64,000 nucleotides of DNA, taken from positions 72,310 through 136,309 of the forward strand of contig CAZLNP010000003.1 in assembly GCA_964561085.1 (NCBI GenBank), written 5' to 3'. The notes beneath the pieces were generated by a model that was not told the origin of the DNA, searched no databases, and was given only the letters and a program-made list of their open reading frames with translations. Positions 56,261 through 64,000 of this stretch are shown one piece after another (the stretch's first letter is position 1; each line of letters begins with the position of its first letter). The translations under genes and the position numbers were made by a program. Source of the DNA: an uncultured Candidatus Saccharibacteria bacterium. GTDB lineage: Bacteria; Patescibacteriota; Doudnabacteria; UBA920.

Positions 56261-56995
56261 ATGAAAATCATTTACGCCCTCATCATAATACTTGCAGTAT
56301 ATTCCATCGGTACATTCATTAGACTCAGATACACCCTATCGGTCGCGAATCTACCTAATATAGTGCAGCAAGATAAAACCTTTGCTAATCAACAAAGTGC
56401 TTCGGACGGAAACAAAACCCTACGATACATCGCCGCTGGCGATAGCACTGCTGCAGGTGAGGGCGCAAGTAGCGTACAGAAAACTTATACCTACAGAGTA
56501 GATGAGTTCCTATCCCAGAGGAACACGGTTGAATACAGGAATGTCGGTGTTCGTGGTGCTCAAACTCAAGACATCCTAGATGATCAATTAGAAAAAATTA
56601 TTGCATTTAACCCCGACGTGATTACACTATCTGTTGGAGCGAATGATGTTACTCATCTTAAGAGTTCAAATAAGGTAGTTACCAACTTCAAGACTATTAT
56701 TGAAACTCTACAGGCTAAAACAAGCGCACAAATTTATATCACAGATGTGCCAATTCTAGATCAAGTTACTCTGCTCCCATATCCATACAAAAAATACTTA
56801 GGTCATCAAATTAAAAAAATAAACCCGCAAATCCTTTTGTTAGAAAATGAGCGGGTTCATATTATAGACATATATAATTTTGGGTGGAACACCTATCCAG
56901 ATGTAAATATCACTTTCGCGAAAGACGGCTTCCATCCGAGCGATGAAGGATATAATAACTGGACCAACGCTTTTCTATCTAGAATCCAAGATTAA
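56261..56995 (+). CDS. SGNH/GDSL-family hydrolase (secreted/membrane-anchored)
   Basis: IAAGDSTAAGEG (GDS block), GANDV, DGFHPS blocks. Confidence 0.7.
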   Translation: MKIIYALIIILAVYSIGTFIRLRYTLSVANLPNIVQQDKTFANQQSASDGNKTLRYIAAGDSTAAGEGASSVQKTYTYRVDEFLSQRNTVEYRNVGVRGAQTQDILDDQLEKIIAFNPDVITLSVGANDVTHLKSSNKVVTNFKTIIETLQAKTSAQIYITDVPILDQVTLLPYPYKKYLGHQIKKINPQILLLENERVHIIDIYNFGWNTYPDVNITFAKDGFHPSDEGYNNWTNAFLSRIQD

Positions 56996-57013
56996 CTTCA
57001 GGAACAAAAAACT

Positions 57014-58231
57014 TTAAAGGCCTAGCGCTAAAACTATCCAAAAGATAAGCGCTAGGTCGTTTTTTAAATATGGGATGTCTATTAGACCATGCACCACCAT
57101 AGCAACAATAAACAACAACATGCCAAACGCTAGTTTACCATTACGACGTTGCACAAATCCCCGCGCCACACTCAACGTTAAAATTCCCATCATACTCACG
57201 AGCCCTAACAATCCTAAATCAACCCAGAAGTTTAAAAATATATTATGTGGGAAATTATAATGCTCTAAACCAGGATCAGTATTATATTTATCCCAATTAT
57301 CGCTGAAACCATTTACGCCTTTGCCTAATACAGGGCTATCTTTAATCATCTTTCCGGCAGTATCCCACAAACTAAAACGAGCCACAGTAGATTTTTCACC
57401 CTGGAAAGGAAGCATTACTCTATATCTCAAGTTTGGCACAGCAGCTATTGCTCCCGCCAAAATTAACACTGCTAAACCAAAACCTAGTATCACTTTTTTA
57501 TTTGCGGTTAATAAAGCGTAAATTGCCGCAGCTGCAAATAATCCCAACCAAGCTCCACGAGACAAAGATAGAAACATTCCTGCAGCACCCAGAACCCACA
57601 AGCCAGGCAAAATTAAGTTAGCTCTATCACGCAATTTTTTGATTGCATCTGGAATTAACCAAGCTAATAGCGGAGTCATAAATAATCCGAAAGCATTAGC
57701 ATGAGCGAAGAAAGCAATGGCGCGCTTTGGCTCATTAGCATTCCCCCACCAAACTGATGGCAAATACATTAAAGTGAAATATTGGACGAGTGCCAAAGCA
57801 CCAGCTAACCCAACAAAAATATAGGCAGCAATTTTAAATCTTTCATTCCATTTCCCTTCTGGATCAAAAAATCTAATCAGAAAGAAAATAGCGATTGGTT
57901 GTGCATACAGAACTAACCACTGCGCTAACTTCTCCATGTTAAGACCAAACACGAACAAAGAAATTAAACTAGCAGCAAAGAACAATCCAATTACAACGCT
58001 CAAGGGTTTCCCTAAATCTGCAAAAACTTTTTTTACCCTTGCTTTAATATCGCCGCTAGATGCGCCTTGCCTAAACACCATAACCACAGCGACTGCGATG
58101 ACTAAGAAATTAACGATCATCAAAAAGTTTGTTGGTAAAGAAATGCCAAAAAAGCTAATCGAAAAGCGCCAAACATAGAGTGGCGCTAGAATAATTAATG
58201 ATGCAAATAAAAATGACATACTACTTGGCAA
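57014..58231 (-). CDS. O-antigen ligase/Wzy_C-family membrane protein
   Basis: Polytopic; LSLSRGAWLGLFAAAAI motif typical of Wzy_C. Confidence 0.55.
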   Translation of the reverse strand: MPSSMSFLFASLIILAPLYVWRFSISFFGISLPTNFLMIVNFLVIAVAVVMVFRQGASSGDIKARVKKVFADLGKPLSVVIGLFFAASLISLFVFGLNMEKLAQWLVLYAQPIAIFFLIRFFDPEGKWNERFKIAAYIFVGLAGALALVQYFTLMYLPSVWWGNANEPKRAIAFFAHANAFGLFMTPLLAWLIPDAIKKLRDRANLILPGLWVLGAAGMFLSLSRGAWLGLFAAAAIYALLTANKKVILGFGLAVLILAGAIAAVPNLRYRVMLPFQGEKSTVARFSLWDTAGKMIKDSPVLGKGVNGFSDNWDKYNTDPGLEHYNFPHNIFLNFWVDLGLLGLVSMMGILTLSVARGFVQRRNGKLAFGMLLFIVAMVVHGLIDIPYLKNDLALIFWIVLALGL

Positions 58232-58240
58232 TACTATTAG

Positions 58241-59278
58241 TTAAGACAAATACTCCTTAAAATCATTACGGTACATATCAACTAAGGCTACGAAAATTGC
58301 TAGGAGAATTGGTCCAATTAAGAAACCAAGTATACCGAAGAATTGTAATCCTCCAATAACAGCTAACAGCACTAATACTGGGTGAAGCTTTGTAGCCTGG
58401 CCAACTAATTTTGGTCCGAGGAAATTGTCTACTAAACCAACAGCAACCGCTCCCCAAATTAGCAAACCAATGGCTTGAGGGGTTTGGCCAGTAACAAATA
58501 AATATATTACAGCTGGTACTAATGAAAGTGCAGTACCAACGTTAGGAACTAATGCCGCCAAGACTGTAAACAAACCCCAAAGGAAAGGTTCTGGAATACC
58601 AAAAATTAAAAATCCAATCGTCGCTATTACACCTTGTGCTAAAGCAATTAAGAATTGACCTTTTACAACCCCATTTACAGCAGCAACGATTTTATCTATT
58701 AGTTTATTTTCATGAGCAGAAGAGATTGGTGAGATATCTTTTAAAACTTCCTTAATCTTAGTGCCATCTTTCAGTAAATAGTAAACGATGAAAAACAGCA
58801 TGAACGCTGAGATCACGAAACTGGCAATATTTGAAACAATACTAGAGAATGATGCGAACGCCTGTGAACTTAAACGACCAATGAAAGCATTGATGTCTGC
58901 GCTTAGGCTTTGAACAGTAGCTTGAGCTTGTTCCGGCAATGAAGAAATTATCTGGCTCTTATCTATTACTAATCCGCCATCTTTATATCTTTCATACAAA
59001 CCGCTGATTTCGTTATAAATTACTTGTCCGAAAAACCAAATCGGTACTGCAATAATCAGCAAAATAAGAACAACTGTTAATACGCTAGCGATGCTTGGAT
59101 ACTTTACTCTAGTTAACAATCTAACGTATATAGGGCGGAACAAAATAGCCAAAATCACACCCAGCGCCATTATGTTTACAAAGGGCTTAAAAATGAAAAG
59201 CACTAAAATAAACACTGCGAAGAATAAGATTAGAAAGCTAATTGTTTGAATGCGTTGTGATTTAGTCGTAGTGGCCAT
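58241..59278 (-). CDS. AI-2E family transporter (second copy in window)
   Basis: 345 aa, topology and conserved C-terminal G-rich TM like the 15014..16054 gene. Confidence 0.7.
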   Translation of the reverse strand: MATTTKSQRIQTISFLILFFAVFILVLFIFKPFVNIMALGVILAILFRPIYVRLLTRVKYPSIASVLTVVLILLIIAVPIWFFGQVIYNEISGLYERYKDGGLVIDKSQIISSLPEQAQATVQSLSADINAFIGRLSSQAFASFSSIVSNIASFVISAFMLFFIVYYLLKDGTKIKEVLKDISPISSAHENKLIDKIVAAVNGVVKGQFLIALAQGVIATIGFLIFGIPEPFLWGLFTVLAALVPNVGTALSLVPAVIYLFVTGQTPQAIGLLIWGAVAVGLVDNFLGPKLVGQATKLHPVLVLLAVIGGLQFFGILGFLIGPILLAIFVALVDMYRNDFKEYLS

Positions 59279-59452
59279 ATTTAAAATTAATTTAAAGTTT
59301 ATCTCACTTCTTTATCTCTCAATATTATAGCAAAAAACAAGCCCTGACGCATCAAGGCAAAGGTTGACTAAATGCTTAATGTTCTGTATACTAATTCAAG
59401 TTCCAGCCCGGTCTGCGGGCATTTTTATTTGCTAATTATAGAGAGCTTCAAA

Positions 59453-61312
59453 ATGAAACGAGATAACATTCGAAACGTAGCGATCATCGCTCACGTTGAC
59501 CATGGCAAAACAACTCTTGTAGACGCCATGTTAAAACAAACTGACACTGTTAAAGACAGTGGCGGTGATTTAATTATGGACAGTGGTGATATTGAACGAG
59601 AACGCGGAATCACCATCACTGCAAAAAATGCCTCTGTTATGTACAAAGGTAATAAGATCAATATTGTAGACACTCCTGGTCACGCTGACTTCGGTGGTGA
59701 AGTTGAACGTACCTTAAAAATGGCTGACGGCGTACTTCTATTAGTAGACGCTAAAGAAGGTCCTATGCCTCAAACGAAGTTCGTTTTGAAGAAAGCTCTT
59801 GAGCTTGGCCATCAGGCTATCGTTGTAATCAACAAAGTTGATAAACCAGAAGCTCAAGTTGAAGATGTAATCAACCGTACATTTGATTTATTTGTAACTC
59901 TTGGTGCAAGTGACAAACAATTAGACTTCCCTATCATTTACGCTTCAGGTATTAATGGCGTGGCTCATACTGAACTTCAACCCGTTCTTGATGCAGTAAA
60001 ATCTAAAGACACAGGAGCAACTCTTCCAAACGATACTCACAATATTATTCCTGTATTCGAAGCAATTATTGAACACATCGAAGGTCCAGAAGTTGCTATT
60101 GATGAACCTTTTGGAATGCTAATCTTGGCTCTACGCTACGATAACTACAAAGGTAAAATCGGTATTGGAAAAATTACTGCTGGCAATGTTAAAAAAGCAG
60201 AAAATGTTACTCACATTAGCCGTGACGGTACACAAGTTAAAGGCAAGATTTCTTCCCTACAAATGTACGATGGTTTACTTCCTGCTGAAGTTGAAGAGGT
60301 AACCGCTGGTGACATTGTTGCTGTTGGTGGTTTTAACAATATCCAAATCGGTGACACTCTTGCCGATGCAACTAACCCAACTCAAATTACTCCTGTAGAA
60401 ATTGAACAGCCTACTATTAAAATGACTTTTGGTGTTAATACTTCCCCATTTGCAGGTCGCGAAGGGACTTTATTAACTTCTCGCCAAATTAAAGATCGTC
60501 TAGACCGTGAATTAGAAACTAACGTTGCTCTTCGCGTAGAACAATCCACTGAATCTGGTGATGCTTTCATGGTTTCTGGTCGTGGTGAACTTCACTTAGG
60601 AGTCCTAATTGAAACAATGCGCCGTGAAGGTTTCGAACTACAAGTTTCTCAGCCTCAAGTTATTTTCCACGAAGAGAACGGTGTAAAAATGGAGCCTTTC
60701 GAAATTCTTACAATCGATGTTCCAGCAGAACACCAAGGTGTAGTTATTGAAGAAGCTGGAAAACGTGGTGGTCAATTACAACAAATGGATACCACTCCTG
60801 GTGGAGAAATTCATGTTGAATATATTATTCCAACTCGTGGTATGATCGGTTTAAAGAACTTACTACTTACTCGTACTAAGGGAACTGCTATCATTAATAA
60901 CTTGTTCGATAGCTTCAAACCAATGCACGACATTGACCTTCGCAGCAACGAACACGGTTCTATTATTGCTTCAGAGTCTGGTTCTGCTCTAGCTTACGGT
61001 ATCAACAACGCTCAAGGCCGCGGTACTATGTTCATCGGTCCTGCAACAGAAGTTTACGAAGGTATGGTTGTTGGAAAAAACGCCTTAGACATGGACCTTG
61101 AAGTTAATGTTACTAAAGGTAAAAAACTTACTAACATGCGTGCGTCTGGTTCTGACTCTAGCATCATCCTTACTCCTCCGAAAGAAGTTACATTGGACTT
61201 TGCTCTTGAATACATAGGCGCTGATGAACTTGCAGAAGTTACTCCAAAGTCTATCCGTATTCGTAAGAAGTACTTAACGCTAAACGAACGCAAAAAGAAT
61301 AAAAACGCTTAG
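59453..61312 (+). CDS. typA: Translational GTPase TypA/BipA
   Basis: AIIAHVDHGKTTL, DTPGHADF, NKVD G-motifs; EF-G-like domains; start at MKRDNIRN. Confidence 0.9.
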   Translation: MKRDNIRNVAIIAHVDHGKTTLVDAMLKQTDTVKDSGGDLIMDSGDIERERGITITAKNASVMYKGNKINIVDTPGHADFGGEVERTLKMADGVLLLVDAKEGPMPQTKFVLKKALELGHQAIVVINKVDKPEAQVEDVINRTFDLFVTLGASDKQLDFPIIYASGINGVAHTELQPVLDAVKSKDTGATLPNDTHNIIPVFEAIIEHIEGPEVAIDEPFGMLILALRYDNYKGKIGIGKITAGNVKKAENVTHISRDGTQVKGKISSLQMYDGLLPAEVEEVTAGDIVAVGGFNNIQIGDTLADATNPTQITPVEIEQPTIKMTFGVNTSPFAGREGTLLTSRQIKDRLDRELETNVALRVEQSTESGDAFMVSGRGELHLGVLIETMRREGFELQVSQPQVIFHEENGVKMEPFEILTIDVPAEHQGVVIEEAGKRGGQLQQMDTTPGGEIHVEYIIPTRGMIGLKNLLLTRTKGTAIINNLFDSFKPMHDIDLRSNEHGSIIASESGSALAYGINNAQGRGTMFIGPATEVYEGMVVGKNALDMDLEVNVTKGKKLTNMRASGSDSSIILTPPKEVTLDFALEYIGADELAEVTPKSIRIRKKYLTLNERKKNKNA

Positions 61313-61336
61313 AGCTAATAAATTTTGACTATTAAA

Positions 61337-61362
61337 AATCCCGCTTATGCGGGATTTTTTTT
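61337..61362. terminator. Bidirectional Rho-independent terminator
   Basis: AATCCCGC-ttat-GCGGGATT + T8. Confidence 0.7.
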
Positions 61363-61370
61363 CAATGAAT

Positions 61371-62333
61371 TTAGTAAATACCAGATTCCGACAGTACACG
61401 AGGCCCAGCCTTAAGACCGCTAATGCTTTTACCTAAACAAAAGTTTAAAGTGTAAGTGCTATTAGAAAGGTACTTGTAAGTGTATGTGTTTTGACTTGCC
61501 TTACATTTCGATCCTGATTTTTTAGGAGCTACTGGCAAAGCACTTAGGTAAGTTGGGACTAAGACATCCAATGAATATGGATAGCCATTGTGATCGTTAT
61601 AATATAACTCTAAAGCTGAGGCCATCTGCCTAACATCCGATAGACGTTTTGCATCACCAGTATTTGGAGTTACTGTAGGGTTACCACCTGGGTTTGTAGG
61701 ATTTGGCTCTCCTTGGAAAAACTGCTCATAAAAATCTTCACAGAGGCTCTTTGATTGTTTTCTAAGATCCTTCCAAATCTTTTCAGAAGATTTAGAATCA
61801 AACTTGAACTGTACTTCTTCTTCCGAATTTGGATAGGTCTTTTTGAATATTCTAGATTGAGAACCTATTTCTTTTAATTGGTTACTTGTGTAAATATCTA
61901 CAACTTGGGAGCAAACCTTAGCTACTCTAGTTTTAGACAATAGTGAGCTCTCTGATTTAAGGCAAGTGATTAAATCGTTTTCAATGACTGAATCCATGCT
62001 ATTACTAGCTCCTTCTACTGTATCTTTTCTCATATTAAATGCTTGCCAGGCAGTGTTTCTCAGAACCTCTTTCGCGTCTTCTTTAGAGACTCCTGCCTTA
62101 ATAGAATCTTTATAAGTTTTCTCGGCAGCTTTCACAGTAGAGTTAAAAGACTTATCACTACTCTTCACTTTAGCATTATAATCTTTCTGTGCTTTAGTGA
62201 TTACACTTTGACATGTTGAGTTATTACTACCAGAGCTTGCATTGGCATAAGATGGTATAAACAATGCTACAAGTAAACATATAGCGATAATTTTTTGCAC
62301 ATGTTTCATATACGAAAAGTTTAATTCTTTCAA
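61371..62333 (-). CDS. Secreted Lys-rich protein with C-terminal pilin/pseudopilin-like globular domain
   Basis: Signal peptide; C-terminal DAKRLSDVRQMASALELYYNDHNGYP resembles the conserved post-helix block of type IV pilin-like proteins. Confidence 0.4.
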   Translation of the reverse strand: MKELNFSYMKHVQKIIAICLLVALFIPSYANASSGSNNSTCQSVITKAQKDYNAKVKSSDKSFNSTVKAAEKTYKDSIKAGVSKEDAKEVLRNTAWQAFNMRKDTVEGASNSMDSVIENDLITCLKSESSLLSKTRVAKVCSQVVDIYTSNQLKEIGSQSRIFKKTYPNSEEEVQFKFDSKSSEKIWKDLRKQSKSLCEDFYEQFFQGEPNPTNPGGNPTVTPNTGDAKRLSDVRQMASALELYYNDHNGYPYSLDVLVPTYLSALPVAPKKSGSKCKASQNTYTYKYLSNSTYTLNFCLGKSISGLKAGPRVLSESGIY

Positions 62334-62350
62334 CTAAAGTATATCACGTA

Positions 62351-63292
62351 CTACATATCCGCAATAATCAAATCCAACACAACATGCGGAGGCATAGTAC
62401 CAGTTTTCATTTCACGGTCTAGATTCTCAAGTTTTAACAAAGCCTGTTTAACTTTCGGCGCTGTAAAGTTGCGCGATAGTTTCTTTAAAACATATAGTCG
62501 CCCACTCTTCCAACCAGTTAGTTTTAAGACGGCATCATCGGGCATGCGACGGTCATCTGCATCTATGACAATTAATAGACTCCGAAACTGATCACTTAAT
62601 AGTGCAACAACCTTAATAGCATTAGTTTTTTCGTCAGCTGTTTCAGTAGCAAAATATGTTTCCAGCATTTCTACTGCCAACTTTTTATTCTTTGTAGCAA
62701 TGGCATTTAGTAATGCGAAGATCCCGGCACCAGTGGAGTTCTCCACCAACAAAGCCACCATATCTTTAGTGACTACTTTACCCGCAGCATACTGCTTTAA
62801 CTTTTCAATTTCATTCTGAGCATCGGAGACATTTAAGGCTGAATCTTCATCCAAAAGTAGGGCGGAAGCTAAAGCAAATGCTGCGGCTTGATCAATCTTA
62901 ATATTATTTTCATTTGCGTATTTAACAATCCAATCAGTTGAACTGCGCGTTCCAATCGGAGCGCTCAGTTCAACGACCGAGACACGTTTGTCATTCAGAA
63001 ATTCTTTATTCGCGTTTATACGCTTGTCTAAAGAATCTTCTACTATATATACCTCAGCGGATTTATTTTCACCCAGCTTCTCCAAGATTTCTTCTAGGTC
63101 TAACTTCTTCCACAAATGGTCAAATACCACAATTTTTGGAGCACCAAAGAGTTGCTGCTCAAACATATGCTCAAGTTTTGGAATAATACTAGATTCAGTG
63201 AAAGTTTCTACTTCAGCCGAGCGTAGTTTTGCAGCTTTCTGTATATGTTGTTTTTTGGCCAAAACATTGGTACCAAGAAGTAAAGTAATCAT
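62351..63292 (-). CDS. holA: DNA polymerase III delta subunit-like
   Basis: 313 aa; overall clamp-loader delta architecture; weak motif support. Confidence 0.45.
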   Translation of the reverse strand: MITLLLGTNVLAKKQHIQKAAKLRSAEVETFTESSIIPKLEHMFEQQLFGAPKIVVFDHLWKKLDLEEILEKLGENKSAEVYIVEDSLDKRINANKEFLNDKRVSVVELSAPIGTRSSTDWIVKYANENNIKIDQAAAFALASALLLDEDSALNVSDAQNEIEKLKQYAAGKVVTKDMVALLVENSTGAGIFALLNAIATKNKKLAVEMLETYFATETADEKTNAIKVVALLSDQFRSLLIVIDADDRRMPDDAVLKLTGWKSGRLYVLKKLSRNFTAPKVKQALLKLENLDREMKTGTMPPHVVLDLIIADM

Positions 63293-63388
63293 ATCTTTTG
63301 TAGTATATCATGGCCTGGCTGCCTGGGAACTTGTCCCCTCTCTAGCCATTGATTTTATTTGCCATATGGCTTAAAATGAGTCAGTTAC

Positions 63389-63465
63389 GCACCCGTAGCT
63401 CAACTGGATAGAGTGTCCGGCTTCGAACCGGGAGGTTGTAGGTTCAAGTCCTGCCGGGTGCACCA
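63389..63465 (+). tRNA. tRNA-Arg (anticodon TCG), CCA encoded
   Basis: Acceptor GCACCCG/CGGGTGC, anticodon stem TCCGG/CCGGG loop CTTCGAA, T-loop GGTTCAAGTCC. Confidence 0.7.
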
Positions 63466-63498
63466 CAACACAATCTTACAGATCCTAATTAGACATAT

Positions 63499-64000
63499 AT
63501 GCAAGCAGTTATTCTTGCCGCAGGTAAAGGCCTGCGTCTCCGCCCGTTTACAGAAAAACACCCGAAGCCGCTCATTCCCATTGCGAATAAACCACTACTC
63601 AAATACACATTAGAAACTCTGCCGGATAGCATCACAGAGATTATTATTGTTATTGGATATCTTGGTCAACAAATTCATGACTACTTAGGCACTGAGTGGA
63701 ACGGCAAACCAATTAAGTATGTAGTGCAAGAAAATCTTGTTGGTACTGGCGACGCTCTTTTGCAAGCCAAAGATTTAGTAGATAAGAATTTCCTCGTAGT
63801 AAATGGTGATGACCTTTACTCTAAAGAAGACCTAACTGAATTACTGAAGTACCCTTACAGTATTCTTGCTTGGGAAAGCACTGTTCCCTATCCGTTTGGC
63901 TTGAGTGTTTTAGAAAATGGCCAACTAGTTGGGTTCGATGAAAATTCATCGTTACTAAATTGCGGTGCATACCATTTAACCAAAGATTTTTTCAAAGACC
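63499..64000 (+). CDS. Sugar-phosphate nucleotidyltransferase (RmlA/GlmU N-terminal-domain-like), 3'-partial at window edge
   Basis: MQAVILAAGKGLRLRPFTEKHPKPLIPIANKPLL = G-x-G-x-R-L nucleotidyltransferase signature; runs off window end so absent from ORF track. Confidence 0.7.
   Translation, partial: MQAVILAAGKGLRLRPFTEKHPKPLIPIANKPLLKYTLETLPDSITEIIIVIGYLGQQIHDYLGTEWNGKPIKYVVQENLVGTGDALLQAKDLVDKNFLVVNGDDLYSKEDLTELLKYPYSILAWESTVPYPFGLSVLENGQLVGFDENSSLLNCGAYHLTKDFFKD

Noticed and set aside
63413-63613. 66-aa ORF in ORF track
   Set aside because: Overlaps tRNA-Arg (63389..63465) and is out of frame with the downstream nucleotidyltransferase gene starting at 63499; spurious.
1-64000. CRISPR arrays, rRNA genes, transposase/IS elements
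   Set aside because: No regularly spaced direct repeats, no rRNA-like conserved blocks and no transposase-like ORFs were seen; the only mobile-type genes are the two homing endonucleases and the recombinase.

Overview
This window looks like a gene-dense, low-GC (~40%) bacterial chromosome segment with overlapping genes and few long intergenic regions. The gene content is consistent with a small-genome lineage, possibly Patescibacteria/CPR-like, but that placement is low confidence. Most genes are housekeeping: leuS, metG, glyQS, glyA, pnp, rpsO, tgt, typA, murA, murB, dus, nfo, a DEAD-box helicase, parB, uppP, tsaC and holA. There are five tRNA genes (Leu-CAA, three Arg-type, His-GTG), all with encoded CCA, and no CRISPR array or rRNA. 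Accessory content is interleaved with these: (i) a LAGLIDADG homing endonuclease 6 nt downstream of tRNA-Leu and an HNH endonuclease 7 nt upstream of tRNA-His; (ii) a tightly overlapped greA-like / tmk-like / MoaA-like radical SAM operon in which the radical SAM gene appears circularly permuted, with the Cys-motif strand at the C-terminus, convergent with a CYTH-domain gene; (iii) MurA fused to an N-terminal XRE-type HTH domain, with a perfect 20-bp palindrome in the divergent murB/murA intergenic region; (iv) three copies of a conserved ~55-bp element (TCCACTATGCGACCC ... hairpin ... T-run) in front of three consecutive small genes; (v) a promoter-to-terminator unit that predicts a ~75-nt structured sRNA; (vi) a four-gene carotenoid-type isoprenoid operon; (vii) two tandem paralogous hypothetical genes next to a tyrosine recombinase. 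All calls rest on reading the ORF translations and the DNA by eye; no searches were run.
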